NCBI GenBank assembly: GCA_013239625.1
Contig: MU053304.1
Location: 682,001-746,000 of the forward strand
Direction of reading: 5' to 3'
Source of the DNA: Lama guanicoe
Lineage: Eukaryota
DNA length: 64,000 bases
The translations under genes and the position numbers were made by a program. Shown here piece after piece: positions 11,800 to 24,129 of this stretch; position 1 is the stretch's first letter; every line of letters starts with the position of its first letter. The notes beneath the pieces are model-generated. The model saw only the letters and a list, made by a program, of their open reading frames with translations, did not search any database and was not told the origin of the DNA.

Positions 11800-13100
11800 G
11801 GGGTCTGGCGGAAGGCCTGAGCTCCCGGGGAAGGAGAGCCGCTCTGCTCCGAGATGGGGGTTGAGGACCAGGGTAGCTCAGGACGCAGGAGGCCCTCGAG
11901 ATGGGGGACGGGACCCAGCAGCCGGCAAGACCTTGGCGTCCCCAACTCCTCGGATCCCAGAATGGGATCTGGGTGCCTTGGGGCCCGGGGGTAGGGTAGC
12001 AGAGGGGCCGCCAGGGAGGGCTGAGCGCACCGGCCCGTGGTTCCCAGCTGCCAACCGGCTAGTCCAGGAACCGTGAACTCCCGGACATCTCCGACCGCCG
12101 CCGCGCCACCCCATCTGTGTCCGAGAACTGAGGCCAGCCCCGGGAAACCCAGTGCGGCATCCCCATCTTGTGCTCCCTGGACTCCCGGGAGGCGAAACCC
12201 AGGGGTCCCCGCGCCCCAGCCCAGGCCCCCCGGCCCGACGGCCCCACTCACCACAGAGACATGGCGGCCCGGGCCAGGGCAGCGGCGGAGCGGGGCGCGC
12301 GGGTCTCAGCTCTGGGCGCCGCGGCTCGGGGATGTTGGGCGGGGACAGGGACCGGGACGGGGGCGGGCGGGGGCGAAAGCCGGGCCGCTCCCCCGCCGCG
12401 GCTTTCCTCTTCTCCGCGGGAGGAGGGGCCAGGAGGGTAGGCGGCGGCCAGGTGCCTTAACCCCTTCGGCGCCCCCCGCCCTCCATCCCCGCAGGCGCGC
12501 CCTAAGCCCTCCGCACCGCGCGGGGCGACAATACCCATTTCTCGGAGGTGGCACCCGAGCCCCGGAGCGCGCGGAGCCGCCCAAGATCACCCGGCCCGAG
12601 TGTTAGTGACCGAGTTCGGACTTCGCAGCCCAAGAGGGTCACCTCTCTCTCCTGGGACGCGGTTTCCCGGGGGGAGGGGGGCTTCCCTGGGAGCGCCGGC
12701 CCCTCTGGCCGCGTGCGACCGGGACCCCACCCACCTGCAAACCTCCCCGGGCGCCAGAGGTCCAGCCATTTACCTCTGGCCGGGTCCGGACTTGTTCTGG
12801 GTGCGGGAGACATAGGCAGACAGCGTTTCCTTCTCCCTCCGCTTCCTCCTGCCTCTCCCCTTTCCCCTTCCCAGGCAGGCCTCCCGCACCCAGCTGTTGG
12901 GGTCTCTGGCCCAGCTGTCTAAGGCTGGGTCTGTGGAAGAGAGGGACTGGGTCCCAGAGAGCAAAACCCTGAGGAGGGGTCAGGAGGAGGCTGGGTTGCC
13001 TGTGTGGGGACCCTGGCCCAGGCCGCAGCTCTGAAGCCTTCTCTGCGCCCCCGGGCAGCGGCCCTCTCCATCTCTGGGGTCCTACCCACCTCGGAGAGCG
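11800..13100. promoter_or_regulatory. B3GNT7: B3GNT7 CpG-island promoter / first exon
   Basis: Very high GC/CpG density around the start codon, several GGGCGG Sp1-type boxes (12337-12375). Confidence 0.85.
12252..12262 (-). CDS. B3GNT7: B3GNT7 coding exon 1 (ATG TCT CTG TG; Met-Ser-Leu-Trp split)
   Basis: Kozak gccgccATG at 12262; donor GTGAGT at 12251-12246; phase 2 joins the G at 10290 to make TGG (Trp); total CDS 1206 nt. Confidence 0.93.
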
Positions 13101-13474
13101 TCTCCTCACCACCAAGGGAAGGCCTGGCTTCCTTTTCATCCATGAACAAATATTTCACTCAAAACCCTTTTTGTCTCTAAGCCTGTATTAATCTGTTTAT
13201 GTGTGCCAGACCCAGTTGCCCCTAGGGAGTGGGCTGCACAGAAACATAGAATTGGGAGGGCCGTTCTTGGTCCAGGTGGTTCTGGGGTGGTGTGTGTTCC
13301 AATCTGGTGACTTCCAGAATCCTCTAACAGGTTAAAACCTCATCTGATCCTGCCGCAGCCTGGATGTCTCTCCTAGTCTTGTTCCATGTTGAGGTCTCAA
13401 CACTGAGTTTGCAGTAGGACCTTAAAATGCCCACAGTATTGAAACGGAAGCATTTCACAGTCCACTAAATAACA

Positions 13475-13630
13475 GGTAACACTCATTAGGTAGGTGCAAT
13501 ATGCCAGGCACGGTTCTAGGCCCATGCATGAATGAGTCAGTCATTTAATCCTAGAGGCTATTATTATTACTTTACAGAGGAGGAAATGGAGATGCCTGCC
13601 CAGTGGACCAGGTCTCATAGTAAGCAAATC
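13475..13630 (-). mobile_element. MIR-like SINE fragment
   Basis: atgccaggcacggttctagg...tcatttaatcc...tttacagaggaggaaatggag, the antisense MIR core. Confidence 0.55.
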
Positions 13631-16554
13631 CAGGAGGCCTGCCTGGCTGTGGAGGCAGCTCTTTCACCCTTCCGCCAGGGAGAGCAGTGACAGGGAGCTA
13701 TTTCCTGCCAAGGGGCACCCAGGGAGGCCAGGAGGCCACAAGGTACAGTCAGAGGCAGGTGGTAGGAAGCCTAAGGAGGCTGCTCTTGCCCAGCGGGACC
13801 CAGACCCCTGAGGCTGGGGTGAGGACCCTTTTCCTTAAGGCTCAAGGGCCGCTTGGACAGGGAGGAGAAACCCAACACGCAATAGAATTTTCCAGGATGT
13901 TGCAAGCTTCAGTGAGAGAATGTGAAGGAGCTTCCAGGCAGAATTCCAGAGGAGAACCCTGGGGCCACGCCCTTAGTAACGGCCCCTCCCAAGTACCAGA
14001 TCAGGAGGAAGGTCTGCCCTGTAGCCCAAAGCCCCTGTTGGCCTGGCCACCACAGGGCCCCGGGTACTTCACTCCCCTGCCCGGGCTCTGGGTTCTGGTT
14101 TGTCCAGCACGTGCAGCCCTGAAGGAGGTCTGGCGCTCTCCTGGCTGAGGACAGCCCACCTTGCCTCGGCACTAAACTTTCACCTGGAAGCTGTAGGGTC
14201 TCTTTAGGAGCCTGGTAAAGGGTGGACACAGCAACCCCTGAGAAGGGGTTTTGAGTCCCGGTTTGGAGACTGGAGGGGCAGGGTTGGGTCTGCACTTCCT
14301 GGTTGTCACTATGGACATGTGGTTTATTCCTTTGAGACCTCAAGTTTCCTGCTAGCACAGGGCTACTTGAGATGATGCCTATGAGGCAGATCAGTGTCTC
14401 CTAGGTGGTGACACCATGACAGACTGGCCATTGTTAGCGTTATTGTTGCTAATATTTGACCCAACCCATAAGGTCCCAGAACCCAGGGCTCAACAAGGTG
14501 GTGATTTGGCGGGGGAGAGAGGGGGAGCTGCCGCCAAAGCCAACAGTGTTTGCCAGTGGAATCTGGTCCATTGAGAGGAACAGTTTGTCATCATGGTTCA
14601 TTTGATCTGTGCCTAGGTGGAACTTAGACTGGGAAATGGATGACAATTAATTACTCAGTCTCTGACTCTCGTGTGGGGGTAGGGGCTGTGGGAGCTGGGC
14701 CAGGCCCTGGTCAGCTTTCACTGTCAGTCTGACTGGCTTCCCTGGGGCCGCTGGGCCTGTCACTTTCAGGAGCACTGGCGCTGGCCCAGCCTGGCCCCTC
14801 CACCTGTATTGGCCCCTGCCCCTTGGGCATAGCCCCAGCAGATCCCTACTGATGGTCTCAAGCCACAGCTGGAGTGGTTGAGCAAGGCCCCTGAGGAGGC
14901 GGAGGTCAGTCTGCAGATGGAATCTGTCACCTGCCCCCTAGCCCTGGCTGAAGGCAGAGGAAAGCTGCAGAGACAGAGATTCCCCAGAGGTGGAGGGTGG
15001 TCTGTCCATCACCTTGGAGGGAGGGTAGGGGAGTGGGACGAGCTGGTGGGGTAGGGGCTGTAGTCCAAGAATGGTGGGAGTGGGTTACGTGTCCTTGTCA
15101 CATGGTCATCCTCTGCTCCCCTCAGGTTGACATTCTGTCCTGGAAGAGGGAGCTCAGTGAGCCCTGCCTAGGAGAACCCCAGGCGCTGCCCCTTCCCTTC
15201 TCCTGGCACACTTTGTCTCTTACTCCCCCATCCCTCTGCCCCCAGCCCTTTCCTTCCTCCTCTCCTCCCTGCTCCCTCGTTTCTCTCTCATTTCCCTTTC
15301 CCCATCCCCCTTCCAACTTTCTTCCATATTAGCCCCCACCAACCCTCCAGACCCAGATCCCACTGTTTTCCCCTGAGGACAAAAGCCCAGGGCCAAGGGG
15401 CTGCTGAGCCCTCAGATAGGGGAAGCCATCTGCCGGCCCAGAGGGTGCACCGGGTCAGCCCCTGGCCAGATGAGGTGTAAGGCACTTTGGGTGCCTGGGA
15501 GAGAGGCCACTGCCACCTGCCACTGCCAGGGGCTGGAGGTCAGAGCTCCAGAAGGAACAGCGGCCCTGGCTGTGGTCCCTTCAGTGCAGCGGTGGGATGT
15601 GTGTGAGTGTGTTTGTGAATTCACGTGTGACCATCTACACTTACACCAATGGTCTGTTCATTGGCTCCAGAGTGTTGGAAGCCTGTGTCTGTTGGAAGAT
15701 GTGCACCTGGCAAGAAACTGCATAGGCCTCTCTGCCCAAAGCTGAACGAGCCCAGCAACCCAGCAGAGCAGTGCTCTGAGCCCAGGACTTTCTCTAATTG
15801 GTCCTGGGTGTCCCCACACAACCATCTGACTGGAGGGTTAGCGAGTCCTTGGTTAGCATGTCCTGGAATTTGCCCCGGGACAGAAAGTGGGGCCCCCTTG
15901 GGCTCCTGGGCAGTGGTGGGAGATCTGTTTTTGTGCCTCTTGGTAGTAGATGCTTTAAGTGGGGCAGCATTGATTTCACTGTCACACACCACCTGTCCAA
16001 GAGGTGTGGGGTGAAGCCTACTGTCCTCTCTCACCTCTGGTCCTCGGAGGCCACCTATATCCACTGCAGAGAACCTGACCCAATCTGCAGGGCACCCTGG
16101 GAGGTCAACCAGGCTGTGTACAGGCTGGCACTGGAGGAACAACCGGACCCCTATCTCCGGCCCCAGGCCAGTGCTGTCCCCCTGCAGACTTCCAGGAGAA
16201 CGTGTCCTGTGGGTAAGGTCTTCCTTTAAAGAGTGGGAGGAAGAGGAGGAGGCCAAGAAGGAGTGGAGAGATGGGGGACAGGGGCAGAGAGCAACAACAG
16301 GCTTTTCAAGCATGAGTGTCCATTTTGGATTCTGGGAAGTCATCTCACCTAAGGGAAGATTGGGCCAAAGAGAAACCCAGTTCACAAGTGGTCGAGAGAA
16401 GGTGGGAGGAAGGTAAAGGGGGCTCCTTGCAGGGCCCCCATATGAGCAACACTGCAGGCAACCCCACTCTTGCCAGGGAACCTCAAGATGCCCTTCAATG
16501 GCCAAGTCCTGATGGAGCCAAGACCGACCCAACAACTAGGAAAGTCACGATGTT

Positions 16555-16690
16555 GCCATAACCAGTGAAGATGCTTTAAAATCATGATTTCAGGGCCTGC
16601 CTGCAGAGAATCTGATGGAACCTGGGAAATGGTGTTTTTCCACTTTCCTTGATGATTCTAATGTTCACGAAGGTTTGGGAACCGCTGGTG
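16555..16690. mobile_element. MER5-like hAT-Charlie fragment
   Basis: gatgattctaatgttcacgaaggtttgggaaccgctg resembles the MER5A terminus. Confidence 0.45.
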
Positions 16691-17699
16691 TTGAGCTCGC
16701 CAATTCCAGCTCTTTTCGTCAGCTGTGGGCAAGGGCTAGTGGGGGGACACTTCCTCCTGGGTGCCTGCGGGGAGGAAAGATGGAATGGGAGGCAGCTGTG
16801 GAGGAAATTGGAGCAGAGATCGAAGAGCTGAGGAATTCACTTTCCCATCGAAGCAGGTGGCGGTTGAGGAAGTGGAGGTGAAGTTAGGAGCTTGAGAAGA
16901 GTGGGAAAGGGGGCCACAGCCCCTGAGTGGGATCTGAGAATGCCAGGGAGGGACAGAGGAATGTTAAGCACCAGGCAAGGGCGGTCCTGTGCACTCTGGA
17001 GACCCAGGCCCACGACTGAGGCAAGGATTGTGCAGGGCCCTTTGGCTGCAGGTAACAGAAACCCAAGTCAAAGTAGCTTCAGCTTGTTTGATGGGCCAGT
17101 GATCACGTCTGGGGGGTGGGGGATGGTGATTGGCCAGGCGTGGGTCATGTGTACCCTGCTGTGGTCAGAACAACCCTGAGAGGGGCAATTTCCTTAATGG
17201 AAGCTACTATTCTCAGGATAGCAGGGGAAGAGCTGCCCAGGCCAGTCCTGCTCACACCCCCCTTGAATTCTCCAACCACCCTCCAAAGCGAACCCCTAAG
17301 CCCGAGAGCCCCAGCAGGAAGAAGGGGCGGTGGCCATGTGGGGATTGTCTGCACATGTTTTCCTGACAAGTCCTTCTCTCCTTGTGGGGAAGAGCTCCAG
17401 GCGGGCCAGTGGTGGGTGGACACAGCTCCCCTGGGGGGCTGCCCATTCTCTGGCCCCTTTCCTGTGCCTGGGTCCCCGCTGGCTGGCCTGGGGGCAGCTG
17501 AGGCCACCCAGGGCTTTGTCGGGGTGGGAGTCTGTAGAGAAAAGCCAGAGTTCAAAGAGACCCAGGAACCAGGGTCAGGGCGGCCTTCCCAAAGCTGGGC
17601 AGAGAAGGCTGGTGGGAATGGAAGAGCACCGCCAGGTGCTGCTCCGGACGCAGGCCTGCTGGGCTGCACCCCAGGCTCCTGTGGGCAGGGCGTGGTAGC

Positions 17700-18090
17700 C
17701 ACACTCACAGCATACACACACAGAGCCACACAGGCGGCAAGCGACAGACCCAGACACACACCCCACCCCAGGAACAGACATGCACACCCAGACGGACTCA
17801 GTCAGAGACAGACAGCACTCATCCAGAGACACATTCACACTTAAGCACGAACATTCAGAGAGAGGCATGTGTGACAGTCATTCATATTCACACACGCTGA
17901 CACACCTAAGATATGTGCACACTCGATGGGAAATACACAGACTCACACGTACACATACACACTTACAGAGACACACATTTCCAGAGAGAGGGAGGTGCAC
18001 TTATACACACCCAGATACTTATCACACACACACACACACACACATACACACATGCACACACACACACATGCACACATGCATCCACACCCT
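17700..18090. repeat. Degenerate (CA)n low-complexity tract ending in a near-pure (CA)n
   Basis: Interrupted cacacacag/acacattc units; near-perfect CA run 18023-18077. Confidence 0.85.
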
Positions 18091-19884
18091 TTCCCGGGTG
18101 GGAGAGGCTTCTCCCAACCAGGTCATTTGCTACCAGTGACACCCTGCCTGGCAGGCCCTTGAGAGTGGGCTCCACACCAGGCAGGTCTCTACTGCATTCA
18201 TGAGTGGCCTCTTATGATCTATCGCCAGGTCCTCAAGACTATGCCAATCCCTCTCCCCAAGAGCCTCCGGGTACTGCCCACAGGCCGTTTGTCCCACCCA
18301 AATCTACCCCCCAACCCCTTCTCCAGCTGCCCTGGCCTTCCTCTCCCCTTCACAAGACCCCAGCTTCCTTCAGCTCAAATGCGCTCCCAGATTCTGCATT
18401 GAGTGAACTGCTCATCTTTCAAAACCCACCACCAGTGTCCCCTCCCCTGGAGTAGATGCTCCCTCCCTTGGTTGGCACCACCTCTGTCTGTCTGTCATTT
18501 CTCCATTTGTCCCACTACAACTAGGAGCAGGGACAGGTCTTTCTGTTTCCTGGCAGCACAGGGGAGGGGAGGCATGGACGCCCGATGGCTGAAGAACCGA
18601 GGACATGAATTGGTAGCACTGGCTGGCAGGAAGGAGGCCAGTCTCGCCATGGCCATATTCAGAGGATGATGGGGTGTGCCCACCCAGGGAGACCTGGGGG
18701 GCCCAGACAGATCTGCAGAGTCCCAGCCCCACCCCCAGCACACGCATTCAGATTCACACTGACACGTATTCACACGCGGTGGGCATTGTGCCCCTTGCCC
18801 TGGACAGCTGGGTGCCCCCTCCCCCCGGCCACCAATGACTCACATCCCCACCCGCCAGGCGGCCGGCTTGGGCACACACAGCCTCCTTTCAGCCCCTTGG
18901 CCTCAAACACTAGCTTAGTCTTCCCTCCCCGGCGCCTCCCCCTCCCTGGTGAGCCGGTCTGCCCTCCCAGCCTGGCAGCTCAGCCCCACGGGGAGGCCAC
19001 GCAGAGGCCTCCTTCCTCTCTGCAGCACAGGGCTCCCTGTCTCTCATCACCCGGCTCCTGTCCAAGCCCTGTCTGGCTGCTTTTTCATGGCCTAGAGCCT
19101 GGCCAGGTGCATTCTGGGCAGCCCTGCTCCGACCACTGCCTGCGGGGAGCTGTCGGCCCTGGTGCTGCTACTCTGGCTGAGCCTCCCAGCCCCTAAAGTC
19201 CTTCCCAGGCTCCAGTCGAAGGTCCCCTCACATCTGCAAAGACTCTTCTTCACACATACCCTCCCATCTGCTTCTCTCGCAGCCCTAATAGCCTGGGCAG
19301 GCACAGATATTTATTATTCCCATTTTACTGAAGGAAAAACTGAGGCCTGGAGAAAAGTCAGCCCGCTGGCAAGTCGCAGAGCTGGGACCCATCTCAGTAA
19401 AGAGATTAATACCATGCTGGACTTGCAGGGGGGCTGCAGTGAGCAGGGTGAAGTGCCCTGGAGAAGAGGTCTGTGGGTGGGCGCCCTGAGACAGTGGCCA
19501 CAATCAGTTCTGGGTTTTGTACCCATCCCTCCCTTCTTTGGTAACAGACCTCCTCCCTCTGGTTTCAGGGTAGACTCCCAGCCAGGCTGGGCCAGTCACA
19601 GTCCCTTATGCCCCCTCCTGATACCGTGTTGTATTTGGTAGAAGGGATGAGCCTACAACCTGCACTGGGCCGATCAGGGCTCTGCCCTGGGGAGTGGAAC
19701 TGGGAGACAGGTTCTCCTTTACTCTCCGGTCATCGGGCTTTTGAGGGTGTGACGCTGAACATACTGGAGAAAAGTGCCACAGGCAACCCATTCCCCCGTC
19801 ATAAACAACAACAAAAAAACAACACACAGCAAACAGAGAAACAGGAGTCTGAACAGGGCCGGAACCCTGGATCTAGGGGCCCTG

Positions 19885-20487
19885 TGGTCAGTAAAACAGT
19901 GCCCCTGCATCAAAGATGTCTATGCCTTTATCCCCAGAACCTGTTACTATGTGAGGATATCGGCAAAAAGGATGCAGATGTAATTAAGCTTACAGACTTG
20001 GAAATGGGGTGGTTAGCTTCAATTATCCAGGTGGGCCCAATCTCATCACAAGTGGCCTTGAAAGCAGAGAACCACTCTGGCTGGAAGCAAAAGGGAAAGT
20101 CGGAGAGACTCCGGTATGACAGGGATTTGACATTCCTTAACTGGTTGTGAAACAGGCATAGAGACCTACTTGGAGCTCAGAGACCAGAGAGGCCTCTGGC
20201 AGCTCAGGGTGGCCCCCACATAATAGCCATCGAGCATACAGGGACCTCAGTCCTGTAACTGCAAGGGGCTGGATTCTGCCCATAGTCTGAATGAGCTTAG
20301 AAGCAGATTCTTCCCAGAGTCTCCCAGTAAGAGCCCACCTCACCTTGTTTTTGACCTTGTAAAATTTCTGAGCAGAAAAACTAGCTAAGCCAGCCTGGGC
20401 CTCTGACCTACAGAAGTGTGAGAGAAAAAATTTCGAGCTGCTTAGTTTGTGGTAAGTTGGTACAAGCAGCATTAGGAAGATAATATA
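19885..20487 (+). mobile_element. MLT1-type MaLR solo LTR
   Basis: aaagatgtctatgcc...ccccagaacctgttactatg...gcagatgtaattaag...ctgacctacagaagtgtgag...tttgtggtaagttggtacaagcagcattaggaagataata: near-complete MLT1 motif order. Confidence 0.8.
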
Positions 20488-20934
20488 GGGCCTAAGAACT
20501 CATGCCACCTGCCTCCCCTGATTTGGTTCCAGGTGCCAATAATTTTTTTTGCAGGTGGTTTTTATCACCTACAACCGAAGGTTCTGGACTGATGCTGTTA
20601 CTGTTATCTGACTGCATTCACTGTTTCCCAAACAGCCTGCCCTCATGGGTGGTAGGAGACAGGGCACCCAGGACTTGGGGCAGCCACCACTGCACAGGCT
20701 TGGGGATGGCAAAGGATGTGGGAGGGATGGGCTCTCTTGGATCTCAGAGCCTTCAAAGGTCTGAGGCAGTTCATCCAGAAGCTCAGGTGGCCCAGCCCTG
20801 CCCCTTCCTCACCAAGCAGGGCTGAGGTCACTGGGGAGAAAGCCGACACCTGGGAGCCAGGGAAGAGTGACTTGTCTGAAGATTTTCTAGGTTGGCTTAT
20901 CAAACTTGTAAATGTTGACAAGGTCAAAAGATAA

Positions 20935-23550
20935 AGGGAGTTGTGGTCCAAGGTGAGACATAGGAGGCTCCTGAACTGACCTCCTCCCAGGAACATATCA
21001 AATCTACAGCTACACACAGAGAAAATTCTCTCTGAAAGGAATCCAGAAACCTGCTGAGTGACAACTGCACATTGAGAAAATGGGAAAATATCAACATCAA
21101 AATGGTAGGAAAGTTTGAGACATACTCTTGCCATGTATTCCATCCCTGGTACAGTGACCTCTACAGGGAGGGAATTTACAGCCCCCAGCTTCTCCCTGAG
21201 GAGTGAAGAGTTTGGACCCAACATCTAGGGCCCCAACTTCTAAGACTACTACCCGAGGGAAGAGCCCCCAAAACACCTAGCCCTGAAAGCCCATGGGGCT
21301 TTTGTCCCTGAGACCCACCAGACTATACAAACAGGCACGCAGTTCTTATCTGGCTATCCCCCCAGGCCTGCACTAACAAAATTCCAATGGTGTTTTTCAC
21401 AGAAACAGAAAAAAAAAAAAAAAAAAAAAACCAAACAAACAAACCCCCAAAACCCTAAAATTTATATGGAACGACAAAAGGTCCCAAACAGCCAAAACAA
21501 TCTTGAGAAAGATGAATAAAGCTGGAGGAACTACATTTGTGATTTCAAGTTATATTACAAAGCAATAGTAATCAAAACAGTATGGCATAAAACAGACACA
21601 AAGATCAATGGAACAGAATGACGAGTTCAGAGATAAATTCATGTATACGTAGTAATTCAGAACAAAAGAGGCAAGGCCAAGAATATACAATTGTATTGGG
21701 AAAACTGGACAGCCACATGCAGAAGAGTGAAACTGGACCTCTGTCTTACACCATACCCCAAATCAACTCAAAATGGATTAAAGACTTGAATGGATTACAA
21801 CCTGAAACCATACAATTTCTAGGGAAAAACAGGGGGTAAGCTCCTTGGCATTAGTCTTGGCAATTTTTTGGGTTTTTTGGATTTTACACCAAAGGAAAGA
21901 CCACAAAAGCAAAAATAAACAAGTGGAACTGTATCAAACCAAAAAGCAAAGGGACCATTGACAAAATGAAATGGCAATCAATGGAATTTGAAATATTTGC
22001 AAATTTTATATGTGATAAGGGGTTAATATTCAAAATATATAAAGAGCTCAAACAACTCAATAGCAAAATACCCTGAGCATTCTGATTTACAAATGGTCAG
22101 AGGAACTGAATAGACATTTTCTCAAAGAAAACAGCCCAATTGTCAACAGGTACTTTAAAAGGTACTCAACATCACTAATCATCTGGGAAATGCAAGTCAA
22201 AACCACAATGAGATACCACCTCACAACCTGTTAGGATGGCTAAAATCAGAGAGAGAAAAGATAACAATTGTTGGTAAGAATGTTGAGAAAAGGGAACCCT
22301 TGTGCACTTTTGGTGGGAGTGTTAATTGGTGCAGTCATTATGGAAAATAGTACAGAGAATCTTTAAAAAAATTAAAAATAGAACTGCCATATGATACAGC
22401 AATCCACTTCTAGGTACATATCCAAAGGACATGAAAAAAAGGGTTTTAAAGAGACATTTGCACTCCCATATACACTGCAACATAATTCACAATAGCTAAT
22501 ATATGGAAACAACCTAAGTGTCCATTGTTGAAGAAAATCAATAAACAGTCAATAATAAGAATAGAAAAGAGTTTTATCTGAGCCAAATTGAGGACAAACT
22601 CAGATTACTCTGAGAAACTGATCTGGAGAGTTTTAGATCTTGTCAGAACAAAGGACATTAAACAAGCCAGGGTTACATTTCTTCAAGTTTTCAAAAAACA
22701 AAAAACAAAAAACAGACGTACACAACATGTATGACCTTGGCACCTGGGAAGTGAGTCTTATCATCAAAGGAGTTCCAGCACTGGTGTCCTGAGAAAAGAG
22801 TCATTGAATCTTTATTTTTAACATGGATATTCTTTACTTGTGATTAATGTGCCCTTTCCTTTTATAATTAAACAGATGTACAATGTTTATTTGATAGGCC
22901 ACAAATAGGCTGTTTTTAGTTAGCATAAAATTCAAGTTAACTTATATATAAACCAGAATGACTCCCCTATATCTCAATATGTGATAATTTATTTTATAAC
23001 CATCAATGGATGAATGGATAAAGAAGATATACACGCACACACAAATATCATTCAGCCATGAGGAAGAAGGAAGTCTTGCCATTTTCAACAACATGGATTG
23101 ACCTTGAGGGCATTATGCTAAGCCAGACAGTGAAAGATCAATACTGTGTGGTATCACTTATATGTGGAATCTAAAAAAAAAGTCAAACTCTAGAAACAGA
23201 TAACAGAAGAGTGGTTGCCAGGGACTGGAGGTGGGAGAAATAGGGAAAGATTGGTAAAAGGATACAAACTTTCAGCTGTAAGATGAATAAGGTCTGAGGA
23301 TCTGATGTAAAACTTGATGACTGGAACTGATAACACCATACTGTATAGTTGTAATTTGCGTAGAGAGTAGAAATTAAATGTTCTCACGAAATAACTTAAT
23401 AACTAGCTAACCTTGAGGTGCTGGATGTGTTAATTAACTAGATGAGGGAATGCTTTTGCAATGTGGACCTATGTCAAATCCCCAAGATGTACATTTTAAA
23501 TGCCTTGCAATTTTATATTGTCAATTATACCTCAATGAAGCTGAAAAAAG
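20935..23550 (+). mobile_element. L1 element: 5'UTR-like segment joined to ORF2 C-terminus and 3'UTR, interrupted by an LTR
   Basis: 21375-22525 and 23000-23550 have L1 ORF2/3'UTR motifs (aaaatttatatggaac, aaatcaactcaaaatggattaaagac, gaaatgcaagtcaaaaccacaatgagataccac, gtcaattatacctcaatgaagctgaaaaaag); 20935-21370 resembles an L1M 5' end. Confidence 0.8.
22526..22999. mobile_element. ERV1-type solo LTR (474 bp) inserted in L1
   Basis: Interrupts the L1 motif aacctaagtgtccat|caatggatgaatgg; TSD ccat at 22522-22525 and 23000-23003; begins TG. Confidence 0.7.
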
Positions 23551-23721
23551 AAAATTATGATTCCGAGGAAGATTTGCAGCAACAGGATAGAAAAGGCTGA
23601 TGTTTCACAACATCAGCGCTCACCTAGTTGAAAACAAACAGGAAGAGCTCGGGAAAGAAACGAGGGAAAGGAAATGAGCAAACAGTTCTCAGAGGAGATA
23701 TAAGGCTAGCTCACAAACAAG

Positions 23722-23820
23722 GGAGAAAGAAATAAAGAGGAGGCAGAGTCAGGGAAAGAAGGAAGGAAGGAAGGGAGGAAGAGAGGGAGGGAGGGAGGAA
23801 AGGAGAGAAAAGGAAGAAGG
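23722..23820. repeat. Purine-rich (GGAA/GGGA)n tract
   Basis: ggaaggaaggaagggaggaagagagggagggagggagg seen directly. Confidence 0.85.
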
Positions 23821-24129
23821 TAAATAGCACTTTTCACTGAATGGCTGGAGACAATGGCATCTGAGCCCAAAGTTGCCCCCTCCCTTCCCCAGCCTGCCCC
23901 CCTGCTCCTGCAACCTCCCCCACCTCCTTCTGGGAAACTTCCACCGCACTTCCTTAGCAAGATTTCTGGAGCTGTGTCTCCCAGAATCTCTGGTCTTTGC
24001 ACATTTACGGCCAAAGCCCCTTCAGCTTGCCTGCCTCTCTCCCCCACTCTGCTCCCTGGTTCTGCCTTTCACAAGCATTGATTGAGCATCATGGGCATAC
24101 AGGTGAGTGCCAGGTGCCGCAATGGAAAT

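Noticed and set aside
15621..16535. 304-aa minus-strand ORF
   Set aside because: No recognisable homology or exon structure; GC-rich non-coding composition.
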